A stretch of 64,000 nt of DNA, from NCBI GenBank assembly GCA_001643675.2, contig LSRY02000043.1, forward strand, positions 434,001-498,000, written 5' to 3'. This document shows, in pieces, positions 46,101 through 58,600 of this stretch (the stretch's first letter is position 1; each line of letters begins with the position of its first letter). This DNA is from Monocercomonoides exilis PA203. Taxonomy: Eukaryota > Protista > Preaxostyla. The position numbers and the translations under genes were made by a program. The notes below the pieces were generated by a model. That model was not told the origin of the DNA and did not search any database. It worked only from the letters and a program-made list of their open reading frames with translations.

Positions 46101-49100
46101 AATTTACGTTAGATTTGATGTAATGCTTAAAAACTATTCGATGAAGAACTTAAGTTTTAGAGAAAATGTTGCATGGAGAGGAAAGGATATTTTTGTGGTT
46201 TGTGCGGCTCCACGAATAGTAATTAATCCTTTGTTGTGGAATGGCACAAGTTCAGAAACTGAAGATGAGGATGCAAGGAGGCGCTTGTGGGTTGTTGATG
46301 ACGAACCCGCTTTATTGATCGACAGATCACTGTTTTATTATCTTTATCCAACAACAGATGAGATACTGTTCGTTGATAAAAGTGGTTCGGCTGAAATGAA
46401 CTGTGGATTCGAGGATACGCCCTGTATAAACGTGGAACTGGGGCTGAAAAAAATGAATGAAGAGAAACTGACAATTCAAATTCAGAAAGAGGCAGAGTTA
46501 AATGGAATAATTAACCGAAATGGTTCTTCCTTGACAATTAGAGGAAATCAGACAAAGGTTAGAATGGAAATAGGCCAAAACGGGCATTTGGAGCTAACAA
46601 ATGGAACTTTGAATACGGGACTAACCCTGAGCAAGCTACAAGTTGGAGTGCCAGAAAACTCAAAGGAATCTGAGCTTCTTGCTGTATGCATTGGGTTGGC
46701 TTCTATCACAAATTGTGAGTTTTTGATACTTGCACGTAGCTATTCTTCCACAAATGTGCAGATTGCATCTGTGAAAGGAGGAGAATTACACATGACAGAT
46801 ACATTAATTCAAGGAATATCATTTACAGCAAAGAAAGGAGTATTTTTCGTTGAAAATGCAAATATGCAAATTGAATTAACATCTTTTAGAAATATTACTT
46901 CTGAGAGTGACAGTTTAATTGCTGGATATGTTGAATCAATTATTACTCTAAAAATGGTTGATCTTGATGAATGCAAGCTATTAAAAGGAAGCATTTGCTC
47001 AGTTGGAAAAGGAAATATCGAAATAACGAATTCTTCCAGTTTTTCAGGTTTTGAAAAAACTTCAAGAGATGGAGGAATGTTGAGGTTTGAAGGGAAAGGT
47101 CAAAATAAAATGATTCTTAAAAATACAAGCGTGGAAAATTTTAAATTAGATGGAGAAAATTGCAAAGGAGGTGGGGCATTTCTAATTCTGGATGATGATT
47201 ACAATAATTGTTTTCAATTCTCAAATGTAACATTTACAAATAATTCTGCCAGTTTTGGGGGAGATTTGTTTGTTACATGTAATGATCTCAATTCCACAAT
47301 CATTTCTGAAAGATTTCTCCTTGAACTGTTTGATGAGTTTGGATCTCAAATAATAAACATGGTCGGAATGGACAAAGCGAATTATTCAGAAAGCCCAGTT
47401 GATTTATATATGCTTTTGGTTAAAAGGGTGTCTGATTGTGTGTATGTGTCACAAATAAATGGGATTGATGTCCAAGGATGTGGCGAGTTATTAACCCCTT
47501 GTTCCACAATCTGGAGTGGTATTGATCATCTCAGTGATAGTGTAACAGAGGAAAATCCTAAGGTAGTATTATTGGATTTTGGAATTGTAAAAGAATGCTA
47601 TGATCTCCAGAAAAAAATTTCCATTATCGGTGAAAAAGAAGATGAAGATTCTATTTGCGAAATTTCGGTAAATGATACATTACCAACAGAAGCACGAGAA
47701 AGCATAATAAATACAAAGCAAAGATTTGAAATGGAAAGATTAATGATAAATATCCCTTCGATGTTGGCTTCAAATCCAACATTTTTATTACAGTCAACTG
47801 ATAATTTTATTGGACTCGCAAAATGTTCGTTTGCTTGTCACGCAAAAGTTTGTATAAAATATGGATTGGTTAGAAAAATAAATGGAGAAATAGAAATGAA
47901 AATGTGCAATATTTCTTGCTTATGCTTTGAATCTACTCCATTTGTTTTTAGCTCATCTGTGATTCTAAATGAGTGCCACTTTGATGAAGTGGAGTCTCCA
48001 ACATGTCAAGATGGGGGAGTATTACACATTAATTTATCACAAAGCCAAACTGCTACATTAAATAAAACCTATTTTACAAATTGTCAATGTTCTTCAATTT
48101 TCGGAAAAGGAGGAGCTGCATTCATTCTATGCAACGAATCAGAATTTTCATTGCCATTTTATTTCAATTCTTCATTTTTCGATAGCAACTGTGCATTTAT
48201 TGGAATGAATGCGTTTATTTTAAGCTTTGATTTGAACACATCAGTGACGTCAAATTCATTTGCATTTGACTGGAATTCGTTTAAAGGAGAAAATAATCTG
48301 TTTGTTGGCAGTGATAAAGTTCATGAGGAAGTTGATTTGTTCTTGTTTTTAGATAAATTTCAAAATGAGTGCATCAGAATATCTTCTGGTGGATATGATG
48401 TGATGAGATGCGGAGATGATAATTTTCCGTGCAGAAGTTTCTGGAAAGGCTATTATCAATTGATAGAATCAACAAATCAGAAAAAGATTGTGATTGAAGG
48501 GGAAACAAAAGTTGAGAATTCTTTTGATTTGAGAAACATAACAATTGAATCATCCGATGCATTCTCAAAAACAGAGAAAATCGGAAAACTGAGTTTTGGA
48601 TTTCTGCAAGAAGGGATTGAATCATATTTATTGAATTATGGCAGCTTAAATTTTGTATTAATAAAATTTGAGATATCTCAAGAGGTGGATAGTGTTGCTT
48701 CTTCATTAATCACAAACAAAAACGGAGAATTAGTTGTTGAAAGCTGCTCATTAGGTTGCTTTATCGAATTCTATACAATTTTTTATTGCTCATTTTGCTG
48801 CATTTATGGAGGATATGCAAATATTTGTGATTTCACTGCTGAATCAATGAATGTTGGAAAAGGGCTAATTATTGTTGATAGTTCCTCATTAGGATGCTTA
48901 ATAGACAGCACTCGATTGCTTTCTTTGAATGTTTCTTCTTCAAGTTTGATCGAAGTCCGCAATTCTGATGAAATAGATGGAATTCACAAATTTAATAATA
49001 TTGGAACTGTAAAGTTAGGGATTGGAAATTGTTTGATATCGAATGTGATTGAAAAGGATAATGAAGCATGCGTGCTAGGCACAAACACTCCTTATGGAGT

Positions 49101-52100
49101 TGAATTGAAGATGAATGGATCTGTGATTGAAGATGCAAAGGCTATTAATAGCCAAGAAGGTGGAGGAGTTTATTTTAGATTGAATTCCGGAGGACTTTTC
49201 AGAATGGAGAACAGTACAATTACAAGGAGCTGCTGCTCAGATACGGGATATGGAGGAGGAGTTTATCTGGAAAGTCAATTAACAGATAAACTGAACTTTT
49301 TATTTTTTAAAATGATTTTCAGCGGAAATACTGGTGGTTTTGGGAGAGACGTATTCGTTAGCTGTGTGAATATTGCTAACCAGGTCAATGAGTCTCATTT
49401 TATGTTTGATTTGCGTGAAGACCATTTTATTCGGCAAAATGCAATTTTTGGTAAGGATGTCACAAAATATATTAATGTTGTTGATTTACTAGATTTTATA
49501 ACAATCTTTCAAGCAGATACAATCATCGTTAGTTCATTTGAGACAAATAATGGGAGTGACACAAGGCAATGCGGAAGCCACTCTTTGCCGTGCTTGTCGA
49601 TCGATTATGGTATAAATCATCTGACAAATGATTATTTGAGTCGCATGATTGTGGATACGAAATCTTTAATAAACGGAGAAATGTCTCTCGAAGAAATGAC
49701 TCTTTCATCAAAAACAAAAAATCAAGCTGAAGTTCAAATAGTTCCAATAACATTGTGTGATAAGGAAAATATTATAAGAACAATCAATAGTGTATCGATT
49801 GAATACATAAAGTTTATTATTTGCGATTCATTGACTGCAGGACATAATTCACTTATTTCACCTGAAAATGGAAAAGTGGAACTATTTTGCTGTTCATTTG
49901 TTGGAAAAGGAAATGAACCGAAGAGTAACATAATATTTCCCTTTCCAGTGATTCTTCTGAAAACAGGTGATTGCATCATGAACAACTGTTCTATTGAAAA
50001 TTTGGAATTTAAATATCAACTATTAATGGCAGATTCAGAAACGTCTTTGATAATGAATGCCTGCTGTATTCAGAATGTAACTTCAGAACAATCTCCAATT
50101 GAATCTTATTTAGCATTGGTGACTCTTTTTTCAACAAGGATTAGCAATGTATTAGTAAAAAACAATAGCATCAACTCAATTATATCTGTTTCAACAAGTC
50201 CGAGATTTATTGTTGAAAACTGTTCATTAACTAATGATTCAGTTCTTTTCCTTATAACAGCCAGGAATTGTATGGACACAAAAATTGAATCGGGCTTGTT
50301 TGAAGGAAATCTCTTTTCAAAGAGTGAGGAAGAAAAATTGTACCAAAATAGCAAAATCAAAGAACTATGTCAATGGAATGAATCAATTGTTGAATTGATA
50401 AATAGCACTGAAAAGATGAAGGATACTATAATCAAGAATTCTGAAAAAGGAGGAGTGAGCATCGAAGAGGGAGATGTATGGATTTCAAAGTGTGAATTTA
50501 TCAACAACGGTGCTGGAGCGGAAAAATATCCATCGGCTCGGAAAAATATTGCATGCAGCGAAAATGGAGTTTTGTTAATTGAGAGCTTGAAAGGGGGGGA
50601 TGGTGCAAAGGAAAACAGCTCACTGTGGATTGCAAACAGTGGATGCTCCCTGCAGGGGATTGTAGACGAACGGATATCCGCTTTGTTCATTCCTATTGTG
50701 GAAAGTGTGGAAATAAAAGCAGATGCCTGGGCAGGAGATAAAGGAGAAGAAAGAGAAGCAATTATAAGAGGGCAAGTTCTGATGCCATGCAACCTGTGGA
50801 TGAGAGTGGAGAAATGGAATGGAGCCGATGATGCTGCAATCTGGCATGAAGTGATTGAAGAAAGCGGTTATGTGTCAGAGAGAGAAGTGCAAGGCAGAGT
50901 TCGATGGCAGGATCTTGGAGGTGGAGATGATTTGGCAGAGGTGCGTATTGGGATAGAGTTTGGAGAGATTGAGGAAAGTGGAGCGCGACAGCATACAGAA
51001 TGCTTTGTGGTGAAGAACAGGAGCGAGCAGAAGAGCTTTGGGGATGAGAAAATAACAGAAGGAGCACAAAGCCCAAATGCATCATGGTCAGTTATTGTTT
51101 GCATCGCAGTAGTAGTAATTCTTTTAATAACATTGATTATATTTATAGTCCGATGGAGAAAGCAAAAGAGAAGAACAGAAGAGCTGGAAGTGATTGTTGA
51201 AGATACAGTGAAGAAGGATCCGAAATCGTTTGAGATGGTGACGATGGAGATGTCGCCTGAGGAGCAGTGGAGGAGGGCAGAGAGGGAGGCAGAGAAGAAG
51301 AGTGAGGAAAGGATTAAGAAGAGAGTGTATGAGAGGAATATGGAACATTCGGAGTCATCAGAACATCTTCTATCTGAGAGTGGCTCAACAGAATATATTT
51401 TGGGGAGAGACTCAGACAAGATCCCAGAGTGGGTGCTTGAGAAGGTTGATGAAAAGGAGATCGAGGAGGAAACAAGAAAGAGAACACCATCACCATCTAT
51501 TTCATCCACTTCAACAACTGACACTTCAGACACAGAATCCACTTTTGTTCGATCAGAGAGTCTGTGTCCAACCACTTCATCCATGTCGAATCTGGTGGAT
51601 GCAATGGCCTGTTCGTCAGTGTTTGAAAAGCTCATTGTGGACTTGAGGGATTCGCTGTTCATGTTGCTTCATGGAAGGAATGAGAAGAAGGAGATGGCGA
51701 TTGGTACTCTGAAAGAAAGAGAACAAACAGCTGCCCAGATCCTGTTCTGGGTGGCCAATCTTGCTCTCCACTCATTTGACGAAATGAACAATCCTCTTTC
51801 ATCTCTTGCCAACCTCAGCCCTCACATCGTGCTGTTTTCTGAGCACATGGTGATCTGCATTGCCCTCCACTCCGACTGCTCCTCAGGCTCAGACACTTCA
51901 TCCACTTTTTCTTCCACCTCGACAATTGTCACCTCTTCCTCAGATTGCTCAGCCATCAACAAGAAAGGCCAAGGCTCACCACCACCACCTTCATCAGCAT
52001 TTGAGGATGAGGATGACAACCGGAAAGAGTGTCTGCGGTGGAAGGCGCCAGAGCTGCTGATGAACAAAGATCTGGGATCCACAAAGAAGACAGTTGTGTT

Positions 52101-52425
52101 CTCGATTGGGATGATGCTGTGGGAGAGTCTGACGCTGGAGATCCCGTTTGGGGAGTATGAAGCAGAGGTGGCGGGGATGTGGCTGAAAGAAGGAAAGCGG
52201 CCGAAGACGGGAGGGCTGGAAGGGAGCAGGCTGGAAGGGCTGGTGAAAGGGTGCTTTTCGCAAGAGGCGAGGGACAGATGCACTCTGACAGATGTGAAGC
52301 GGGTGCTAATTGGGTTGTTCCCGGCCGGGACAGTCATGCTCACAGTGACCGATGCGATTGGGCTGGAGGAAGGATCAGGAAGCTACAGGAAATACAGCAG
52401 GTTCAGTGGGGAAGGAAGCAACTGA
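40189..52425 (+). CDS. Giant receptor-like protein (about 4078 codons): signal peptide, Cys/Gly-rich repetitive ectodomain, TM helix and tyrosine-kinase-like pseudokinase; one in-frame TGA at 43036-43038
   Basis: ORFs 40189-43038 and 43072-52425 are in the same frame. There are eight CG-x4-PC modules and many GG(G/A) motifs. TM WSVIVCIAVVVILLITLIIFIV is followed by the kinase C-lobe LRWKAPELL...FSIGMMLWESLTLEIPF...RP...CFS...R. No GxGxxG, HRD or DFG motif is present. Confidence 0.8.
51229..52070 (+). repeat. 842-bp direct repeat, copy A (cytoplasmic region)
   Basis: Constant offset of 11077 to 62306-63147; the overlapping ORF translations are identical (51302/62379, 51314/62391, 51860/62937). 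Confidence 0.9.
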
Positions 52426-53246
52426 GAAGGCAGAAATTAAAGTGAGCGTGATTCTGACGGATGAGCATAACAATGTTTGAAAATGGAATGTGGAAGAAAA
52501 GAGAAACGGGAAAAGAAGAGGCTGATGGAATTTGTCACACAAGATTTCACAGATAGAAGATCCATTGAAGAAGCATTGGAAGCAAATGAATGGATGGATT
52601 GAAGCCGTTCCTTTTTGTGTGACAAATGTGGTGAGATGCCCTTCATCACGCACAATTGCGACATCTACTTGATTTATCTGGCTCTCTTTTCTTTTCTTTC
52701 TTTTATTTTTTCCTTTATATTTTTTGTTGTGAAGAAAGGATTTCTTCTACGTGCCTTTTCTTCTATTGGCTGATTCATGGCATTTGCATGCACGTGCCAC
52801 ATACACTCTGCATTTCAGCACATGTCTATTTTTGAGGCATTGGCTTTCTTCCAAGTTGAATTATGTTATTAATAGTATTTTTCATTTCAAAGAAATTCAC
52901 CAAAAAAATGATTCAAAATCGGGAGAAAAAATCAATCAAGAAAGCACGATTATGATTCAATAAAATTCTATGTTTTAACTAAATATAAATTCTATTGTTG
53001 TTTCAATTTAAAATCAAATAATAATTTTATATTTGTTAATTCAATACTTGGATTTATGATGATATTAGAAGCAATATTCCACACTTTTTTGGATGTTATT
53101 TAATTGTTTGACTGTTAGCATACAAACAAAAGTGTTTCTGAAAAATCACTGAAAAAAAAAAATTCTTATTCATTTTAATAAAATTCAACAAGCCAATTTG
53201 TGATTATATTTTTTATTGAAAAAACAGGATAGTTATTTGTATTAAA

Positions 53247-53858
53247 GGAAAGAGTGGACTTAACCGACACCCTTAAATTAACATCCATAATCATTTTCCC
53301 AACATATTAAATGATAAATATTTAATATGGGTGATTATTTTTGAAATCATAACTTTTTTCGGGATGCTGATTATTTTGATAATTCATTGTCAAAGAGAAT
53401 CAATTAATCTTTGAAATGAAAAAATCATTTCAATTGTGTCAAAAGCCAATATTTGATGAAAATGGAATACAAAGATTGTCTTTATAGGATTTATCACTTT
53501 CCTGTGTCCATTTATCAATATTCAAAACGATATTATCAAATCGAATTTTTTGTTCAAAAAAATATGATTTCAAAAATAATCATCCATATATTCTAATTTT
53601 ATTTAGAAAAATAACTATATTCAAATATTAAAAATCATCTTCTTTCTTATCATTTATTTACAAAAATAATTAGATTTTCTAGGAAAACCCTAACTTTTTT
53701 TTTTACCTTTTCTTAACCATAGCAAATAAAACGCGAAAACAATTAGTCGTATAACACTAAAAAATCTTCAATGCAGAGATTGTTTAAGAAAAGAAATAAC
53801 ATAAATATGGATGTAATGAGTGTTATCAAAATAGGTGTCGATTGATTCCACTTTTACC
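53247..53858. mobile_element. Degenerate ~610-bp MITE-like element that hosts MITE copy 4
   Basis: Left end GGAAAGAGTGGACTTAACCGACACC versus reverse complement of the right end GGTAAAAGTGGAATCAATCGACACC, plus a subterminal ACATCCATA/TATGGATGT pair. No clear TSD. Confidence 0.55.
53329..53585 (-). mobile_element. 257-bp MITE, copy 4, in opposite orientation to copies 1-3
   Basis: Ends gggtgattatttttgaaatcat / atgatttcaaaaataatcatcc with ATAT on both sides; the internal motifs appear as reverse complements (AATGGACACAGGAAAGTG, CATCCCGAAAAAAGTTAT). Confidence 0.8.
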
Positions 53859-54522
53859 GTGTTAAAAAATTATTATTAAAATAATTTTTAGTCTGTTCGC
53901 GTGTGAAAAAGTTTTCAAAAATAGCAAGCAAAAGTGTTTGTGCACATGACCTTTCGTTAGCACTTCATCAAAAGAAATAATTGTTTATCATCGAAACTTT
54001 ATTGCTATCATTTCCGAGCATTTATTGCGTAAAAGAAACGGAATAAAAAAATTCACACAAAATTTAGTGAGATTGCGTTCATAATTATTTCAATCTGAAA
54101 ACCAATATGAATATATTTCACTTGATTCTGATTTTTTTAAAAGAGAAAAAAATATCTTTTTTTTTTAATATCACATATTTGTCACATTTTAAAATTCACT
54201 CAACCGACATCGTTGAATTCCCTACAAATATTTCAAAATTTGCATTCAAAATTCAAAGTTCTTGAACCATGATAATATCAATAAATTCAGAAAGAAATGA
54301 TAAATATCAGCATTATAGGAACTTAAAAATTTTATGGTAAATTATGAATATGACAAACGATTATCAACACTTTTCTCAAAATGATTATTTTCTTTTGTTT
54401 TTTTTGAATGTTTTTCGAATGAATCAATTCTCTTAATTGCTATTTATTTCTTTCCTTTCAAAAATGAAATAAATTTCACCTGTGTGATTGTTTCAAAAAT
54501 CAAACCATTTTTACTGAAAATT

Positions 54523-54775
54523 GGGTAATTCTTTTTGAAAAGTCGCAAATATTCAATTAATCCTGAGAAATATAGAAGCCTCCATTTAAATAAGAAATGA
54601 TTTTTGATGAAAGCGAGCACCAAGTAAAAAAACAGAATAATCTCTTTTTGTGAACATGAAATTGAAAGAATAGTTTTGTTTTTTGACAGATCAGTTTTCA
54701 ACATTGATCAAAATGGAGGCTTCTATATAAATCAGGATTAATTGAATATTTGCGACTTTTCAAAAAGAATAACCC
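54523..54775. mobile_element. 253-bp MITE with ~65-bp TIRs, related at the tips to the 257-bp family
   Basis: 54521-54587 and 54711-54777 are reverse complements with 4 mismatches. Tips GGGTAATTCTTTTTGAAA; flanks AATT/AAAT. Confidence 0.8.
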
Positions 54776-54827
54776 AAATAAAAATAAAAATAAAAATAAA
54801 AATAAAAATAAAAATAAAAATAAAAAT
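54776..54827 (+). repeat. (AAAAAT)n microsatellite
   Basis: Read directly. Confidence 0.85.
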
Positions 54828-54840
54828 ATACAAATATAGT

Positions 54841-55237
54841 TAGTGTTAATAATGGTGGACACTTTCAATGACTGTGCACAGTTGCATTATCTCAACAACC
54901 GTTGATAGTTTCATTTCAACAATAAGCACAATTATTCCCTTATTGAAAACAAACTTATGAGTCATACAAAAATGAAACAAGTTGCTTACGAGAATAAAAA
55001 ACCTACCATTTAAAATAACAGAGAAATCCGGAGAATCTTATTTCTCCGAGTTTCTCTGAAATTTTTAAGTTATTATTATAAAAATTCATTGAGTTGGATG
55101 AGTGATTAAAACAATTTATTTTTGTTTATATTCATTGTAGGAATAATTGTGAAAATTATCGAAATGCAACTATGAATGGTTGTTTTGAAAATTCCACTGT
55201 CCACAGTTATTGAAAGTGTCTACCATTATTAACACTA
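54841..55237. mobile_element. 397-bp foldback MITE with TAGTGTT...AACACTA ends
   Basis: About 50-bp terminal inverted match with 5 mismatches, weaker complementarity further in, and a central hairpin CAGAGAAA-TC-CGGAGAA...TTCTCCG-AG-TTTCTCTG (about 55019-55058). Confidence 0.75.
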
Positions 55238-55667
55238 ACAATAAACACAAAGTTTTAAGTTTTTAAAAATGAACACGAAAACAGAAAAGAGAAAACGGCA
55301 AGAATTGTTAATTTGTTTAGACAAATATTTTATTTTCATAAAAGAACATCAAAAAACTTATTTATGGGACGAAATATTTTGCTTCATGAATTTTGTTCCA
55401 ATCTCCTCAAACAAATATTTTTCTCATTTTTTTTAATTTTTCCGTGTTTTTTTGACACGTGAAACAAAGACTAATAACAATAAGGTTGAAGAAAAAGGTT
55501 GGAACAAATCGTTGTTTTTTCACTAAACCTGAAATTTCATCCCATATTATTTTCTCACACATAAATTTGAACCCATTATTAATATCACTAACTGTTTTCA
55601 AGACATCGTTTTTTTTTTCTAACTTCATCAAAGGAATTTTTCATACAACATTCAAGTGAAAACAAAA

Positions 55668-58600
55668 ATGCTAATTGTTTTATTTCGACTGTATATTTTG
55701 TTACAAGGATTCTTATTTGGCGAATCTTGTTATAAGTGTTTTGATAGAAATGCAAAGAATGATTTCGATTTCAAACATTCACCACAATCACATTCTTTTC
55801 GTTGTCAAAAAAAAGAGAACTCTCTGGATTATTCATTTATTTTTGGGGCTAAAGATATCGATGGAAAAGCATGTATGTGTCCATCAAATCACAATCAATT
55901 ATTTTGTCTTTTCAATTCCTCAATGGGCATAATTCATTTGAACTTGCTATCATGTTCAAAAACATATTCTTTATATTGTGATTCGCTTTCATCTATGAAT
56001 ATCTTGAGTTGCAGCTTTTTCACATCATATTCATCCTTGAGTCCAATCATCACATCAGGAAAAGTTGAAATGTCAGAAATAAATATCGTTCTTGCAAATC
56101 ATTCACAAACAATCAGACAATCAATTGTTCATGTCGCAAAGTTCGGATCATTGACAATGAGCAACTCAATGATGAAAAATGTTGCATTGGATGAGTTGAA
56201 CGGAACAGTGTTGTATTCAGGAAAGACATCAAATGTTGTGATGCACAACTGTCAATTTCAGAACATTTCAATTTTTCATCGTTCAGCGGATATCCGACAC
56301 AAAAAACATTCAGCAGAGTGTATTGATATTTCTTCCTCATTTTTCGAAAACAGTATTCAGCCATATTACGGATCAATTGTGGCTCCATCCAGTATTTCTT
56401 TCATCGCAAAAAACTCATCATTCAATTCATGCCAAAATAGCATCATTATCTCAATTGAGCCATTTGATCAGAGGCAGTCTTTCAATGAAGGAAACATTTC
56501 ATTTATTGATTGTTTCTTCAAATGCTCATTTCCACATGACACTGGCTGATCTTTGACCATCACAGGTGAAAACACAATTTGTCATATTTTGAGATGCCAT
56601 TTCAATGAATGCTCTTGTGGAACACCAGATATCAATTGCAATGGAGGATCAATGTATACTTATTCGTACAAAAAAGTGGAAATCTTAGACTCAAATTGTA
56701 TAAATTCAAATGCATCTTTTTGTTGTGGAGGAATCACTTCTAATTCTGATCAACAGTTTTTCATGAAAAACGGCTATTTTTTCAATTGTTATTCTATTCA
56801 CTATGCAGCTATTTTAATCCTGTCAACTAATGGTGCGTTGATTGAATCGACAATTGTCTCTGAATGCACGGCTAATTCAAATCCAGGTTTATGTTTCTGG
56901 TCTTCAAATGGAAAGGGGTTTGTAACTGATAGTTGCATAAAAAACTGCGTTTCTGGTTTAGATGGAGCATTGTTGTTCAATATGCCAGATGGCATCAATC
57001 ACGGTGGAACAACAAAATTCAGCTTTTTCAATAGAAATGAGGCAGATGATTCCACACGTGGAAGAGATATTACGCTCATGGAGAGTTGGATTGGTAAACT
57101 ATCTGATTCAGATGTGATTGAATGCAGTTCAACAAGCGACCATCCGCGTGTCGTCGATGGCTCTGTCAATAAAGACTATTGGCTTCCTGATGCTGTCACA
57201 TCTTTAAATGGCTTTGATCAGTTGTTTGTTTCCTGGCTGAGAGGAGCAGATGAATCTGGCTGCGGATATCGGGCCAGACCATTCAAAACCATTGGACATG
57301 CTTGCGCTGAACGGTCAACTCAAAATGTGGTTATTTTCAGTGGGCATTACGAAGAAAATATCATATCAGTCAATTCATTCAAAATGGAATTAATCGGTCA
57401 CAGATGTGACAATTCGGTTGTTCGCTCCATTGATGTCACTTCTGGAAAGTCTCTGATTTCAGTGGAAAATGGAGATCTCATCATTTCAGCATTCACCCTC
57501 ATCCACGATTCTTCAATCTCAGCCAGTGGCAGCCTTTTGTCTGCGAATGGAAACAGCATAATGAAGTTTGAAGGATGTGAGATTCGAAGCGAGTCTGAAA
57601 GTCAGGCACAGCCATTCAGTCGGTCTTTGATTGAAGCAAAAGGTGAATCGACAACAATCATCGACAATTGCTTATTCAAGCACATCTACATGGAGAATAT
57701 TCCCTTGATTTCAATGGAATCTGTGAATAATGTTGCTTTTTCAAAATCAGTGTTCGATAGCATTGTGCGAAAGTCAGGAAACGGTTCATTGGTTGAAGTG
57801 ACTGTGGATGAAGGTGAGAAATTGAGTCTTGTGGATTTAAGGATACGCGACTGCTCATGTCTTGATGGAAATGGTGGTGCATTGATGGTGAAGATGAATG
57901 ATGGAAGCGAAGTGGAAATAGGCAACAAAAGATCAAATGAATTTGGAAGTGGCTTCGAACAATGTAAGGCAGACCAAGGAGAAAGTGAAAGAGGCGTTGG
58001 AGGAGGAATCATGATTGACTGCTCAGCTGGAGGGAAAGCTTTTGATTTTGGAAATATCAACTTCACAGGGAACCAAGCTGTATATGGAAAGAATGTGTTT
58101 GTGGCTGCCACAGAGCTTGAAGAGTTGTGTTCTCGCTCGAAGTTTGGCTTTTTTCTTGATGAAAACTCACAGAATGAGCTGATGGGATTTGAGGAAAGCG
58201 AAATAGGTGCTGCAATCCCTCTTGTTTTGTTTTGGAAGTGATTTCCTTTGGTCGTGGCTGTGAGCGGATCAGCTGGCTCAGATTATTTGAGACGCGGATT
58301 TTCAGTGCCTCCTTGCAGAACATTGCAATATGCTGTAAGGACTCATTTCACCACTTCCATAAGAAAAATAAAAATTATCCTTCCTTTCAAGTTTGATCAT
58401 TCAACAATTTATAATAACTGGGGTTATGAAATATCTGTTGAAGAAAAGGGAACGATGATTGAAGTTGTTGAGGATTCATCGTTGCCTGAGAATGGGTTTA
58501 TTGAAACAAGAATTAAAACAGACATTTCAAACATATCGTTCTCTCTTCCATCCTCGTTGCCTCAGAGCAAGCCATTTCTGTGCTGCACTTCACATTCGCT

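Noticed and set aside
54833-55245. 8-bp hAT TSD around the 397-bp foldback
   Set aside because: The flanks AATATAGT and ACAATAAA do not match, so the superfamily is left open.
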